This document shows positions 1 through 12,741 of a stretch of DNA of 64,000 bases, piece by piece. A program made the position numbers and the translations under genes. The number at the start of each line of letters is the position of its first letter. Position 1 is the stretch's first letter. This DNA is from an uncultured Actinomycetota bacterium (GTDB lineage: Bacteria; Actinomycetota; Actinomycetes; Mycobacteriales; CADCTP01): assembly GCA_963770145.1 (NCBI GenBank), contig CAVYOJ010000015.1, positions 209,636 through 273,635 of the forward strand, read 5' to 3'. The notes below the pieces were generated by a model. That model saw nothing but the letters and a program-made list of their open reading frames with translations. It searched no databases and was not told where the DNA came from.

Positions 1-168
1 GGTCCCACCCGTTCGTCCATCCTCGTCCACCTGACCTGCGCAGTCGCAGCCACCCCGGCCCACCGGCCGCTCCGCTCGCATCCACCTGGTCGAGCCACAA
101 GCGCCGCCCTGGATGCCCCATCCGGGTTGGACAGCCTGCATCCGCACATGGCCGGCTCACTACTTGGC

Positions 169-183
169 CTATCGGGTCGATAG
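169..183. promoter_or_regulatory. Inverted repeat CTATCG-ggt-CGATAG, candidate Rrf2-family operator upstream of the TauE/SafE gene
   Basis: Perfect 6-3-6 palindrome in an AT-rich patch about 80 bp before the start codon; an Rrf2 gene lies two genes downstream. Confidence 0.5.
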
Positions 184-263
184 AATTTAGAGAAATCCGC
201 CCGGACATCCGCGCTCCCGTGCCTACGCTCGGGTGCTCGGAGAGAACTCGAGCTGGGGGGCGT

Positions 264-1223
264 GTGGATCCGACCATCGTCATCGCTGGGCTCATCGTGG
301 GTGTGCTCGTCGGCCTCACCGGGATGGGCGGCGGCGCGCTGATGACGCCCGTGCTGGTGCTCCTCTTCGGCGTCCAACCGCTCGCTGCGGTGTCCAGCGA
401 CCTGGTCGTATCCCTGTTCATGAAGCCGGTCGGCGGCCTGGTCCACCTCCGCCGCGGCACCGTGCACTTCGAGTTGGTGAAGTGGCTGTGCATCGGCTCG
501 GTGCCGGCCGCGTTCGGCGGCGTGCTGCTGCTGCGGGCGCTCGGCAACGGCCAGAGCGTGCAGGACATCGTCAAGGTCGCGCTCGGGGTCGCCCTGCTGC
601 TCGCGGTGGTCACGATGTGTGCCCGTGGACTGCTCGACCTGCGCCGGCACGGCCGAGCCTGGCAGTCCGGCACCGCCGGCTCCGCACACGCCGGCTCCGG
701 CCCGGTGGCGGTGAAGATCTTGCCGACGATCCTGATCGGCGTCGTCGGCGGCGTAGTCGTCGGAATGACCTCGGTCGGCTCCGGCTCGCTGATCATCGTG
801 CTGCTGCTCGTGCTCTACCCGCGGCTGCGGGCCGGCGAGCTGGTCGGCACGGACCTGGTCCAGGCGGTGCCGCTGGTCGGTGCCGCAGCGCTCGGTCACG
901 CGATCTTCGGCGACGTGCAACTCGGGCTCACCGTCGGGCTGCTGGTCGGCGCGATCCCCGGGGTGTGGCTGGGGGCCCGGCTGTCCAGCAGCGCCCCGCA
1001 GATGGTGGTTCGCCGCGCACTCGCGCTGGTACTGATCGCGTCCAGCCTCAAGCTGCTCAACGCGTCGAATCTCCAGCTGCTGCTGGCGCTGATCATCGTC
1101 GGGATCGCCGGCCCACTGCTGTGGATGGCCGCCCGGCGCACCGTCGGCCTCCCCGCCTCCTGGCGAACCGAACGCCGCCTCGCCGCAACCTCCGCCCGCC
1201 ACGAAACCCCCGTAACCACCTGA
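264..1223 (+). CDS. Sulfite exporter TauE/SafE family membrane protein
   Basis: GLIVGVLVGLTGMGGGALMTP and GMTSVGSGSL motifs, multiple TM helices; GTG at 264 preferred over ORF start 219. Confidence 0.9.
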   Translation: MDPTIVIAGLIVGVLVGLTGMGGGALMTPVLVLLFGVQPLAAVSSDLVVSLFMKPVGGLVHLRRGTVHFELVKWLCIGSVPAAFGGVLLLRALGNGQSVQDIVKVALGVALLLAVVTMCARGLLDLRRHGRAWQSGTAGSAHAGSGPVAVKILPTILIGVVGGVVVGMTSVGSGSLIIVLLLVLYPRLRAGELVGTDLVQAVPLVGAAALGHAIFGDVQLGLTVGLLVGAIPGVWLGARLSSSAPQMVVRRALALVLIASSLKLLNASNLQLLLALIIVGIAGPLLWMAARRTVGLPASWRTERRLAATSARHETPVTT

Positions 1224-1226
1224 CGC

Positions 1227-1266
1227 CGCCGCTGCCCGGTCCGCGGCGCTGCACCGGGCCGCGGCG
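1227..1266 (+). terminator. GC-rich hairpin after the TauE gene, possible terminator
   Basis: cgccgc-t-gcccggt pairs with accgggc-c-gcggcg immediately after the stop codon. Confidence 0.4.
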
Positions 1267-1687
1267 CCGGCGTTCTCGTGCGTGGTCGATCACCGCTGGC
1301 GCGTCGCCCCGGGTGCCGTCCCCTGTAGCTCGGCGTGCCCCTCATGCTCGCGTGCTGCGGAGATTGCCGCGGCCGTCGGGCCAGCCCGTGCCACCCGGCC
1401 GACGGGGGTTGGCTTCCTGTGCCCGAGATGGCCGAGCAGGCCCCATCCTCCCGCCGCGCTACTCTCTGCTTCGGCAGGTGTGGCAGAGACGTAGCCGCCG
1501 AGGAAGCATCCAGGAGGGCTCGGACAAGCTGCCTTGGCCGCCGGACCCGCGTGCGCCGGCGCTTCGTCGCGTCGAGTCGGCCGGGCGTCGCCGACCAGCC
1601 CCACCGATGCCTTTGCTGCGCTGACCTGCGGTTCAAGTTCCGGCAAACGGGGCGCGGCCCGTTCGCCGCAATGGCTAGTCTTCTCCG

Positions 1688-2464
1688 GTGACCGATCGGC
1701 GCAGGATCTTCGCGGTGCTCTATTACGGCGGACTCGCGCTGGTGCTCGCCCTGATCCTGCTCCAGTTGCTCGACGAGGTGCTCGGCAAGCGACTCGCCAC
1801 GCACATCGGCCACAACAGCGAGGCCTACCTGGTGGCCCTGCTCCTGTCCGCCTGGATCCAGTACGTGCGGCCCCGGCTGGCCGGTCGCCGGGCCGAGTGG
1901 CCGACCGCCCTTCTCGTCGGCGTGATCATGCTGGTGATCGGCATCGCGCTGGTGCAGACCCACCTGCCCAGCCGCGTCCGCACTCTCAACGAGGCGTTCA
2001 TCGCCCTCGGCATCCTCATCCCGTACGTGCAGGCCCGGCGCCCGCTCAACCGCGTCGTGTCCTATGGGCTGCCCGCGTTGGTCCTGTTGCTGGTGCTCGT
2101 GGTCGGCGACCGCGGTCTGGTCCGCGACCAGGCCGAGAGCGCGGCGATGCTGATCCTCATTCCGATCGGTCTCGACCTCATCGACCGCGGCATCCTCCAG
2201 TCCGACGCGGTCACCTCCGTCCGCGCCCGGTGGAGCTGGTACGCGGCGCTGGTGCTGATCCCGGTCGTCTTCGTTGCACTCCGCAAGGGCGCGCACGTCG
2301 ATGGCTGGGCCGGCAACCGGATGCTCTATTCGCAGCGCGGGCTCGAGGGCTACATCGCGACGTTCTTCATCGAGGTCTACTTCGCGGTGTTCCTCGGCTG
2401 GGTCGGACGGCGGGTCACACCTGCTCACCGGCGATCCGGCCGCACACACGCCGCAGCCCGCTAG
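1688..2464 (+). CDS. Hypothetical polytopic membrane protein
   Basis: 258 aa with about 8 hydrophobic segments, high-GC3 codon use; TAGTCT -10-like hexamer just before GTG (leaderless). Confidence 0.75.
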   Translation: MTDRRRIFAVLYYGGLALVLALILLQLLDEVLGKRLATHIGHNSEAYLVALLLSAWIQYVRPRLAGRRAEWPTALLVGVIMLVIGIALVQTHLPSRVRTLNEAFIALGILIPYVQARRPLNRVVSYGLPALVLLLVLVVGDRGLVRDQAESAAMLILIPIGLDLIDRGILQSDAVTSVRARWSWYAALVLIPVVFVALRKGAHVDGWAGNRMLYSQRGLEGYIATFFIEVYFAVFLGWVGRRVTPAHRRSGRTHAAAR

Positions 2465-2498
2465 AGCGCCGCGGCTTCATTGGTCCACACTCGGGGCC

Positions 2499-2954
2499 GT
2501 GCACATCTCCGCCCGTACCGACTACGCCGTGCGGGCATTGCTGACCCTAGCCGCCGCCGGCCAGGAGACGGTGACCGGCCAGGCGCTCGCCGCCGAGCAG
2601 CAACTGCCGCAGAAGTTCCTGGAGGCGATCCTCGCCGACCTGCGCCGGGCGGGCCTGGTCCGCAGCCGGCGTGGTCCGGTCGGCGGATACTCCCTGTCCC
2701 GTCCGGCGACCGACATCCCGATCGGCGAGATCGTCCGGGCCGTCGACGGTCCGCTGGCTGTCGTCCGCGGCGAGCGCCCGGAGCAGGCCGTATACGCCGG
2801 TGCCGCCGAGCATCTGGGCACGCTCTGGGTCGCCCTGCGCGCCGCGGTCCGCAGCGTCCTCGATGACGTCACGCTGGCCCAGGTCCTCTCCGGCGATCTC
2901 CCGGCGCAGATCCAGGAACTGCTGTCGTCCCCCGGCGCCTGGCGCTCCCGCTAG
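2499..2954 (+). CDS. Rrf2 family transcriptional regulator (no Fe-S cysteines)
   Basis: MHISARTDYAVRALL...KFLEAILADLRRAGLVRSRRGPVGGY motif; GTG start at 2499. Confidence 0.92.
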   Translation: MHISARTDYAVRALLTLAAAGQETVTGQALAAEQQLPQKFLEAILADLRRAGLVRSRRGPVGGYSLSRPATDIPIGEIVRAVDGPLAVVRGERPEQAVYAGAAEHLGTLWVALRAAVRSVLDDVTLAQVLSGDLPAQIQELLSSPGAWRSR

Positions 2955-2996
2955 CGCCCAGCCGGCCCGAGGCCGGCTACCCGAGGAGCAGCTACC

Positions 2997-3161
2997 GGAA
3001 CTGCCCGTCCCCGGTTCCGACGTCCGCCGATCCCGCAAGGCTGGTCGAGCACAGGAACTGCCCGTCCCCGGCTCCGGCGTCCGCCGATCCCGCAGGACCG
3101 GTCGAGCACAGGAACTGTCCGTCCCCCGCGTCCGCCGATCCCGCCGGGCTGGTCGAGCACA
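2997..3161. repeat. Intergenic tandem repeat, 3 units (57, 57, 51 bp)
   Basis: Units start GGAACTG at 2997, 3054 and 3111 and end GGTCGAGCACA; central GTCCGCCGATCCCGC conserved. Confidence 0.9.
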
Positions 3162-3203
3162 GGCGGAAACCACGGTCTTCGCCCTGCGACCCCGTTGGGT
3201 CGC

Positions 3204-3821
3204 CTAGTGAACGTCGGAGGTTCCGGTCAGGTCCCGCTCGACGAGCTCGCAGAGGGTGTGACCGAGCAGCATGCATAGTTCTTGGACGCGAGGCGTGTCC
3301 TCGCTCGGCACCCGGACGCAGATGTCGACGACGGCCGCGACCTTGCCGCCACTTGCTCCGGTCAGCGCGACCGTGACCAGGCCGAGCTCGCGAGCCGTCT
3401 CCAGCGCGCGAACGACGTTGGCCGAGCTGCCGCTGGTGGACAGCCCGACCGCGACATCCCCGGGTCGGCCGAGTCCCGCGAGCTGGCGAGCGAAGACGTC
3501 GTCGTAGCCGTAGTCGTTGCCGATCGCGGTCATCGCCGCGGTGTGGTCGGACAGACAGGCCGCCGCGAGCGGCCGCCGCTCGAGCGCGAACCGGCCGAGC
3601 AGCTCGGCAGCGAGGTGGCCGGCATCGGACGCCGACCCGCCGTTCCCGAAGAACATCACCTTGCCGCCGGCCCGAAGGCTGGCCGCGATCCGGTCGGCGG
3701 CCTCGGCGGTCGCCACGATCGGGTCGACTCCGTCGGACCCGACCGGCCCAGTGAGCATCCGCTGAGCCGCGGCGACGCTCTCCGCGACCCGCTGCCGCAG
3801 CACGCTCTCCCGGTCGACCAC
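3204..3821 (-). CDS. gmhA: D-sedoheptulose-7-phosphate isomerase (SIS domain)
   Basis: GNGGSASDAGHLAAEL, TAIGNDYGY, STSGSSANV and TPRVQE motifs. Confidence 0.88.
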   Translation of the reverse strand: MVDRESVLRQRVAESVAAAQRMLTGPVGSDGVDPIVATAEAADRIAASLRAGGKVMFFGNGGSASDAGHLAAELLGRFALERRPLAAACLSDHTAAMTAIGNDYGYDDVFARQLAGLGRPGDVAVGLSTSGSSANVVRALETARELGLVTVALTGASGGKVAAVVDICVRVPSEDTPRVQELCMLLGHTLCELVERDLTGTSDVH

Positions 3822-3947
3822 GAGCCCGCCTTACCCCTGTCCGCCCGATTCATTCCGCCGCCCGGCACCGTACTGCCAGCGGCTTCAGAGATGGACCGCG
3901 CCCGCCCTGAGTGCGCTGCACCGTGCGCGGCAGGCTGAGGAATCTGA

Positions 3948-4592
3948 TCAGGTCGACGGGGCAAGGACCGCATCGGCCATCGCCTTGGCTACCCAGTCGG
4001 CGTACTCCTCGCCGCTCCATCCGCGTTGCTCGGTGAGCAGGCTCCATACCTCGACGCTGTTGAGCATCCAGATCGCGTCCCGGGCCCGTTCCTGCGACAG
4101 CCCGGGCCGCAGCGCTCCGATTTCGGCCAGATGGGACACGATCTGCGTCGATCCGGCGAGCCGCTCTCCGTTGATCGTGTCGACGAACTCGCGCAGCTCC
4201 GGATCGCCGGCCCGAGCCCCGGCGACGAGCACCCGCAGCAGCGGGCCGAGTCGTTCGGCCAGCGCCCGGCCCACCACCGCGTACCCGGTGAGGAACCGGC
4301 GCGGGTCGGTCTCCGCCCGCACCGCGACCATCTCCGGCCGGTCGGCCAGCGGCACGGGCTGGTCGTCGCCGACCAGCGTCACGTCGTAGAGCCGCTTCAC
4401 CAGCGCCGGCTTGGTGCCGAAGGTCTTGTAGACCGTCTGCGTGGACACGCCGGCCGCAGCCGCGACGGCGGCCATCGTCGTCGCGGTGTAGCCCTGCTCC
4501 AGCAACAGCCCGTGCGCGGCGTCGAGGATCCGCCGCTGCGTCTGTCGGGCCTGCTCCTCCCGCAGCGGGCTGCGGTACGACCGGCTTGCCAA
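3948..4592 (-). CDS. TetR/AcrR family transcriptional regulator
   Basis: RRILDAAHGLLLEQGYTATTMAAVAAAAGVSTQTVYKTFGTK HTH; TTG start at 4592 has GGAG 9 nt upstream. Confidence 0.9.
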   Translation of the reverse strand: MASRSYRSPLREEQARQTQRRILDAAHGLLLEQGYTATTMAAVAAAAGVSTQTVYKTFGTKPALVKRLYDVTLVGDDQPVPLADRPEMVAVRAETDPRRFLTGYAVVGRALAERLGPLLRVLVAGARAGDPELREFVDTINGERLAGSTQIVSHLAEIGALRPGLSQERARDAIWMLNSVEVWSLLTEQRGWSGEEYADWVAKAMADAVLAPST

Positions 4593-4675
4593 TTTGGTTG
4601 ACTCCAGCTCTACTGTATTTATTGACGCTCTAACGACTCTAGGAGCGTCCACTCGATACTAGTCCTGGAGCTCCG

Positions 4676-6016
4676 ATGGCCCGGTTCCTGTTCGCCTCGA
4701 TCCCCGTCCCCGCGCACACCACCAACGCACTGCCGTTCGCCGCCCGGCTGGTCGAGCGCGGCCACGAGGTGGTCTGGTATGCCGGGCGCGCCTTCCACCA
4801 GCGCATCGCCGCCGTCGGCGCGATCCCCATCCCGTACCGGGCCGCGACCGACTGGGAGGGCGATCCGACGGACGCCTTCCCGCAGTTGCGAGTCAGCGGT
4901 CCGCGCGCGATCGGCCGCGGCTTCGCGGACGTGTTCGTCGGGGAGGCCGCCGCCCGGGTCGCCGACCTCCGGCCGGTGCTGGCGGCCGAGCGATTCGACG
5001 CCATGCTGCACGACGGCCTGATGATCGGTGTCGGCATGCTCAGCGAGCTGACCGGTGTGCCGCACGCGACGTTCGGCGACGGCCCGCTGCCCTACCTGGA
5101 GCCGGACACGCCGCCGTTCGGTCCCGGCCTGCAGCCGATGCGCGGCCCGGTCGGCCGGCTGCGCAACCGGCTGATCGGCGCGATGGCGACCAAGCTGATC
5201 TTCGGCCGGGCGCAGGAGGTCTACGACCGGACCCGGGCCGACCTCGGCCTGCCGAGGGACCCGCGGCCGGCGCTGGATGCGGTGGCCTCGCCGATGCTGC
5301 ACATGCAGGGCGCCGTGCCGTCGTTCGACTACCCGCGACGGCACCTGCCGCCCACGGTGCACTGGGTCGGCGCACTGCGCCCGGACCCGCCGCGGGACTG
5401 GACGCCGCCGGCGTGGTGGTCGCAGGTGGTCGACTCGCGCCGTCCCGTCGTGCACGTCACCCAGGGATCCATCCGGCCGGACATGACCGAGCTGGTGCTG
5501 CCGAGCCTGCGCGGGCTGGCCGGCGAGGACGTGCTGGTCGTAGTGACCACCGGCGGTCCCTCCCAGGCCGAGGTCGAGGCGGCCAACGGCGGGCCGCTGC
5601 CGGCGAACGCGCTGGTGACGCCCTTCATCCCGTACGAGGTGATGTTCCGGCACGCGTCCGCGGTGGTGACCAACGGCGGGTATACCGGGGTGACGCTGGC
5701 CCTGTCGCACGGCCTCCCGCTGGTGCAGGCCGGTACGACCGAGGAGAAGTCCGAGATCGGCGCGCGGATCCGGTGGACCGGCGTCGGGTTGGCGCTGCGG
5801 ACGACGCGGCCGACGCCGGAGGCGGTGCGGACCGCGGTGCGGCGGGTCCTCACCGAGCCGTCGTTCCGGGCCGCCGCCGAGCGGGTGCGGGCGGAGATGG
5901 CGCCGCACGACGCCGGTCGCGAGGGTGCGGTCCTGCTGGAGCGGCTGGCCGAGACCGGTGCGCCGGTGACGACCCCGGTGACGCCGATGGGCGCCGACCG
6001 TCCGCGGGTCCGGTAG
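4676..6016 (+). CDS. GT1 family (MGT/UDP-glycosyltransferase-like) glycosyltransferase
   Basis: N-terminal ASIPVPAH, VHVTQGS and C-terminal VTNGGYTGVTLALSHGLPLVQAGTTEEK sugar-nucleotide signature. Confidence 0.9.
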   Translation: MARFLFASIPVPAHTTNALPFAARLVERGHEVVWYAGRAFHQRIAAVGAIPIPYRAATDWEGDPTDAFPQLRVSGPRAIGRGFADVFVGEAAARVADLRPVLAAERFDAMLHDGLMIGVGMLSELTGVPHATFGDGPLPYLEPDTPPFGPGLQPMRGPVGRLRNRLIGAMATKLIFGRAQEVYDRTRADLGLPRDPRPALDAVASPMLHMQGAVPSFDYPRRHLPPTVHWVGALRPDPPRDWTPPAWWSQVVDSRRPVVHVTQGSIRPDMTELVLPSLRGLAGEDVLVVVTTGGPSQAEVEAANGGPLPANALVTPFIPYEVMFRHASAVVTNGGYTGVTLALSHGLPLVQAGTTEEKSEIGARIRWTGVGLALRTTRPTPEAVRTAVRRVLTEPSFRAAAERVRAEMAPHDAGREGAVLLERLAETGAPVTTPVTPMGADRPRVR

Positions 6017-6067
6017 GGCGGGCCGTATCCAGTTGACCGCGAACCGGAGGACCGGTGGAATCCCCGC

Positions 6068-6841
6068 GTGACCGAGTCCGCGGAGCTTCCCGAGCACGTC
6101 CAGCGCAACCGGCAGCACTGGGACGACACGGCCAGCGCCTGGGTGGAGCCGGGGCGGCGGAACTGGGCGGCCACGGAGCCGAGCTGGGGCCAGTGGAACC
6201 TCCCCGAGGCCGAGCTGCACCTGCTCCCGGACGACCTCGCCGGGATGGACACGATCGAGCTCGGGTGCGGCACCGGCTACGTCTCGGCCTGGCTGGCCCG
6301 CCGCGGCGCCAACCCGGTGGGCATCGACAACTCCGCGGCCCAGCTGGCCACGGCCCGGGACTTCCAGCAGGAGTTCGGCATCGAGTTCCCGTTGATCCAC
6401 GGCAACGCCGAGCAGGTGCCGTACCCGGACGGCTCGTTCGACCTCGCGATCTCCGAGTACGGCGCGGCGATCTGGTGCGACCCGTACGCGTGGATCCCCG
6501 AGGCGGCCCGGCTGCTGCGTCCCGGCGGCCGGCTGGTCTTCCTCGGCAACCACACGCTGCTCCAGCTCTGCGCACCCGACGAGCTGGCACCGGCGGGCGA
6601 CCGGCTGCTGCGGGACTACTTCGGGCTGCACCGGCTGGAGTGGCCCGACGACGGGAGCGTCGAGTTTGCCCTGCCGTACGGGGAGTGGTTCCGGCTGCTG
6701 CGGGCGAACGGCTTCGAGATCGAGGACTTCCTCGAGCTGCAGGCGCCCGCGGACGCGACCCGGGACTTCGACTACGTGACCGCCGCCTGGTCCAAGCGGT
6801 GGCCGTCCGAGCACGTCTTCAAGGCCGTGAAGCGCGCCTGA
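6068..6841 (+). CDS. Class I SAM-dependent methyltransferase
   Basis: IELGCGTG motif I, SFDLAISEYGA, RLLRPGGRL. Confidence 0.9.
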   Translation: MTESAELPEHVQRNRQHWDDTASAWVEPGRRNWAATEPSWGQWNLPEAELHLLPDDLAGMDTIELGCGTGYVSAWLARRGANPVGIDNSAAQLATARDFQQEFGIEFPLIHGNAEQVPYPDGSFDLAISEYGAAIWCDPYAWIPEAARLLRPGGRLVFLGNHTLLQLCAPDELAPAGDRLLRDYFGLHRLEWPDDGSVEFALPYGEWFRLLRANGFEIEDFLELQAPADATRDFDYVTAAWSKRWPSEHVFKAVKRA

Positions 6842-6925
6842 CTGGCGCGTATCCTGAGTAGTGAGACCCCCGGTCCGTGCGGATCGGGGGATTACAGTGC
6901 TGCCGCCGGAAGGCTCATCGCCGTC

Positions 6926-10482
<3,557 letters not shown>

Positions 10483-10518
10483 CCCGTCGCCGTCGTCCAC
10501 AGGAGCGCGTGAGAGCCT

Positions 10519-11716
10519 GTGCCGGTGAACGACGCCGCCGTCTCGCGCCCGTCCGCGCGCGTCTCCGCCGCCAGCCCACCCGCCGGCGCCCCGCCGGCCG
10601 GGACGCCGTCCGGCCGCCCGGCCCCGGCGGCGTCGCCGGATCGCTGCCGCGGCGGCGCTGTCTGCGACCGCGGCGCTGCTGCTGTCGGCCTGCGGCGACT
10701 CCCGGCCGGGCACCGCCGCGGTCGTCGGCGACCAGCGGATCACCGACGGCGACCTGCAGAGCGTCGTCGACGAGTCGCTGTCCGCGCCGGGTGTGCGCGC
10801 GGCGCTGCCCAACAGCGACTACAAGGGCGACGTCGGCGCCTACCGGCGGTCGGTGCTCAACGTCGAGGTCGAGCAGCTGCTCGCCGAGAACGGGGCGCGC
10901 CGGCTCGGCATCACGATCGACGAGAGCGCGGTCGACGCCAGGTACAAGGCCATCGAGGACCAGTCCGGCGGGCCGGACGCCTTCGCCTCGGAGCTCGCCT
11001 CCCGGCTCGCGATGTCGCCGTCGCTCTACCGGCAGTTCGTGCGCACCGAGGTCATCGAGTCCGAGATCGGCTACGCCCAGGGCAAGGTCAAGCGGCCGAC
11101 CGACGCGCAGCTGCAGGCGCTCTACCAGCAGTATCTGCCCACCGCGACCTCGGCCACGCTGAGCCTCATCCAGGTGCCGAGCCAGGCGATCGCCGACCAG
11201 GCGGCGGCCCAGCTCAAGAGCGACCCCTCGCAGTTCGAGGCGGTCGGCCGCCCAGTTCGCCGGGGCCGGCTCGCAGACCTCTCCGCAGCCGCAGAAGTGC
11301 TCCGCTGACCCGGCTGCCTGCCGACCTGGTCGCCATGCTGCAGAAGACGCCGAAGGACGAGATCTTCCCGTACGCGCTGACCAACGGCGGCGCCAACGAC
11401 GTTCTTCGTGATCCGCTTCGGCGGGATCGAGACGCCGTCGCTGGAGGAGGCGCGTCCGCAGCTGGAGGCGCAGACGCTGCAGCAGGCGACCGCCGCGGGA
11501 CAGAAGTATCTGCAGGGCGTGGCCGGCGATCTCGGCGTGGACGTGAACCCGCGCTACGGCACGTGGAAGCCGGACCAGCTGGCGATCACCGACTTCGTCA
11601 ACCCGGTCATCAAGCCGACGCCGACGCCGGCACCCTCGTCGCCCGGCACGCTGCCCGGTGGCGACGGGACGAGCGGCGGGGCCGGCACGCAGCCGTCGCC
11701 GACGCCGAGCGGCTGA
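10519..11716 (+). CDS. SurA N-terminal domain/PrsA-like lipoprotein (several frameshifts; start uncertain)
   Basis: Lipobox LLLSAC (Cys codon 10691), AAVVGDQRIT, C-terminal VDVNPRYGTW; usual position between mfd and mazG. Confidence 0.75.
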
Positions 11717-11767
11717 CCCGGCCGACTCGGACCGGCGGTCGGTGACCCGGCCCGTACCGTGGTCGCC

Positions 11768-12733
11768 GTGGATCGGCTGCTCATCGTCACCTCGTCGCCG
11801 CGACTGCCCGCCGGGCTGCTGTCCTGGCCCGCCTGGGAGGCGCTGCGGTCGGGGCCGGTGCACGCGCTCGACCCGACCGGCTCTCAGGCACAGGCCGTGC
11901 GGGCTGCCGGCGTCGACGTGCAGGAGGCGCCGGGCGGCGGGGACGCGGCCGCGTTCCGCGAGCTGGCCCGCGGCGGGCACACCGCCGTCTGGCTGGCCGG
12001 GCCGGACGGCGACCCCGAGTTCACCGCGGCACTGGCCGACCTGGTCGCCGCCGACCCCGACGCCGAGCTGGAGACTGTGGCCGGCTCGTGGGACCCGCCG
12101 GGCGCTCGGCTGCTCGATGTCGTCGCGGTGATGGACCGGCTGCGCTCGCCCGGCGGCTGCCCGTGGGATGCCGAGCAGACCCACCAGTCGCTCGCCCCGT
12201 ACCTGCTGGAGGAGTCGTACGAGCTGCTCGAGGCGATCGAGCTGGACGACCTGGCGCACCTGCGCGAGGAGCTGGGGGACGTGCTGCTGCAGGTGGCCTT
12301 CCACTCCCGGCTGGCCGAGGAGCGGGCGGGGACGGAGCGGTTCTCGATCGACGACGTGGCCGCCGACCTGGTGGCCAAGCTGATCCGCCGGCACCCGCAC
12401 GTCTTCGCCGGGCGCGAGGTCGCCAGCGCGGCCGAGCTGGCGGCGAACTGGGAGGCGATCAAGGCGGCGGAGAAGCGGCGCGAGTCGGTCACCGACGGGG
12501 TGCCGCTCGGCCAGCCCGCGCTGGCACTCGCGGCCAAGCTGCAGCGTCGCGCGCAGAAGGCCGGCCTCGAGGTCACCCCGCCGACCGGCGACGATCTCGG
12601 CGCGCGGCTGTTCGCGCTGGTCGGCGAGGCGGTGGCGGCCGGGGAGGATCCCGAGGCGGCGTTGCGGGCCACCGCGCGGGCCTATCGGGACGCCGTCCGG
12701 ACCGCCGAGGGCACGCCTGCGGCCGACGGCTGA
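11768..12733 (+). CDS. mazG: MazG family nucleoside triphosphate pyrophosphohydrolase with N-terminal extra domain
   Basis: RLRSPGGCPWDAEQTH, EELGDVLLQVAFH, KLIRRHPHVF; TACCGT 7 nt before GTG 11768. Confidence 0.92.
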   Translation: MDRLLIVTSSPRLPAGLLSWPAWEALRSGPVHALDPTGSQAQAVRAAGVDVQEAPGGGDAAAFRELARGGHTAVWLAGPDGDPEFTAALADLVAADPDAELETVAGSWDPPGARLLDVVAVMDRLRSPGGCPWDAEQTHQSLAPYLLEESYELLEAIELDDLAHLREELGDVLLQVAFHSRLAEERAGTERFSIDDVAADLVAKLIRRHPHVFAGREVASAAELAANWEAIKAAEKRRESVTDGVPLGQPALALAAKLQRRAQKAGLEVTPPTGDDLGARLFALVGEAVAAGEDPEAALRATARAYRDAVRTAEGTPAADG

Positions 12734-12741
12734 GCCGGGGC

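Noticed and set aside
2997-3161. Possible CRISPR array
   Set aside because: Units are similar along their full length with no unique spacers, and no cas genes are in the window
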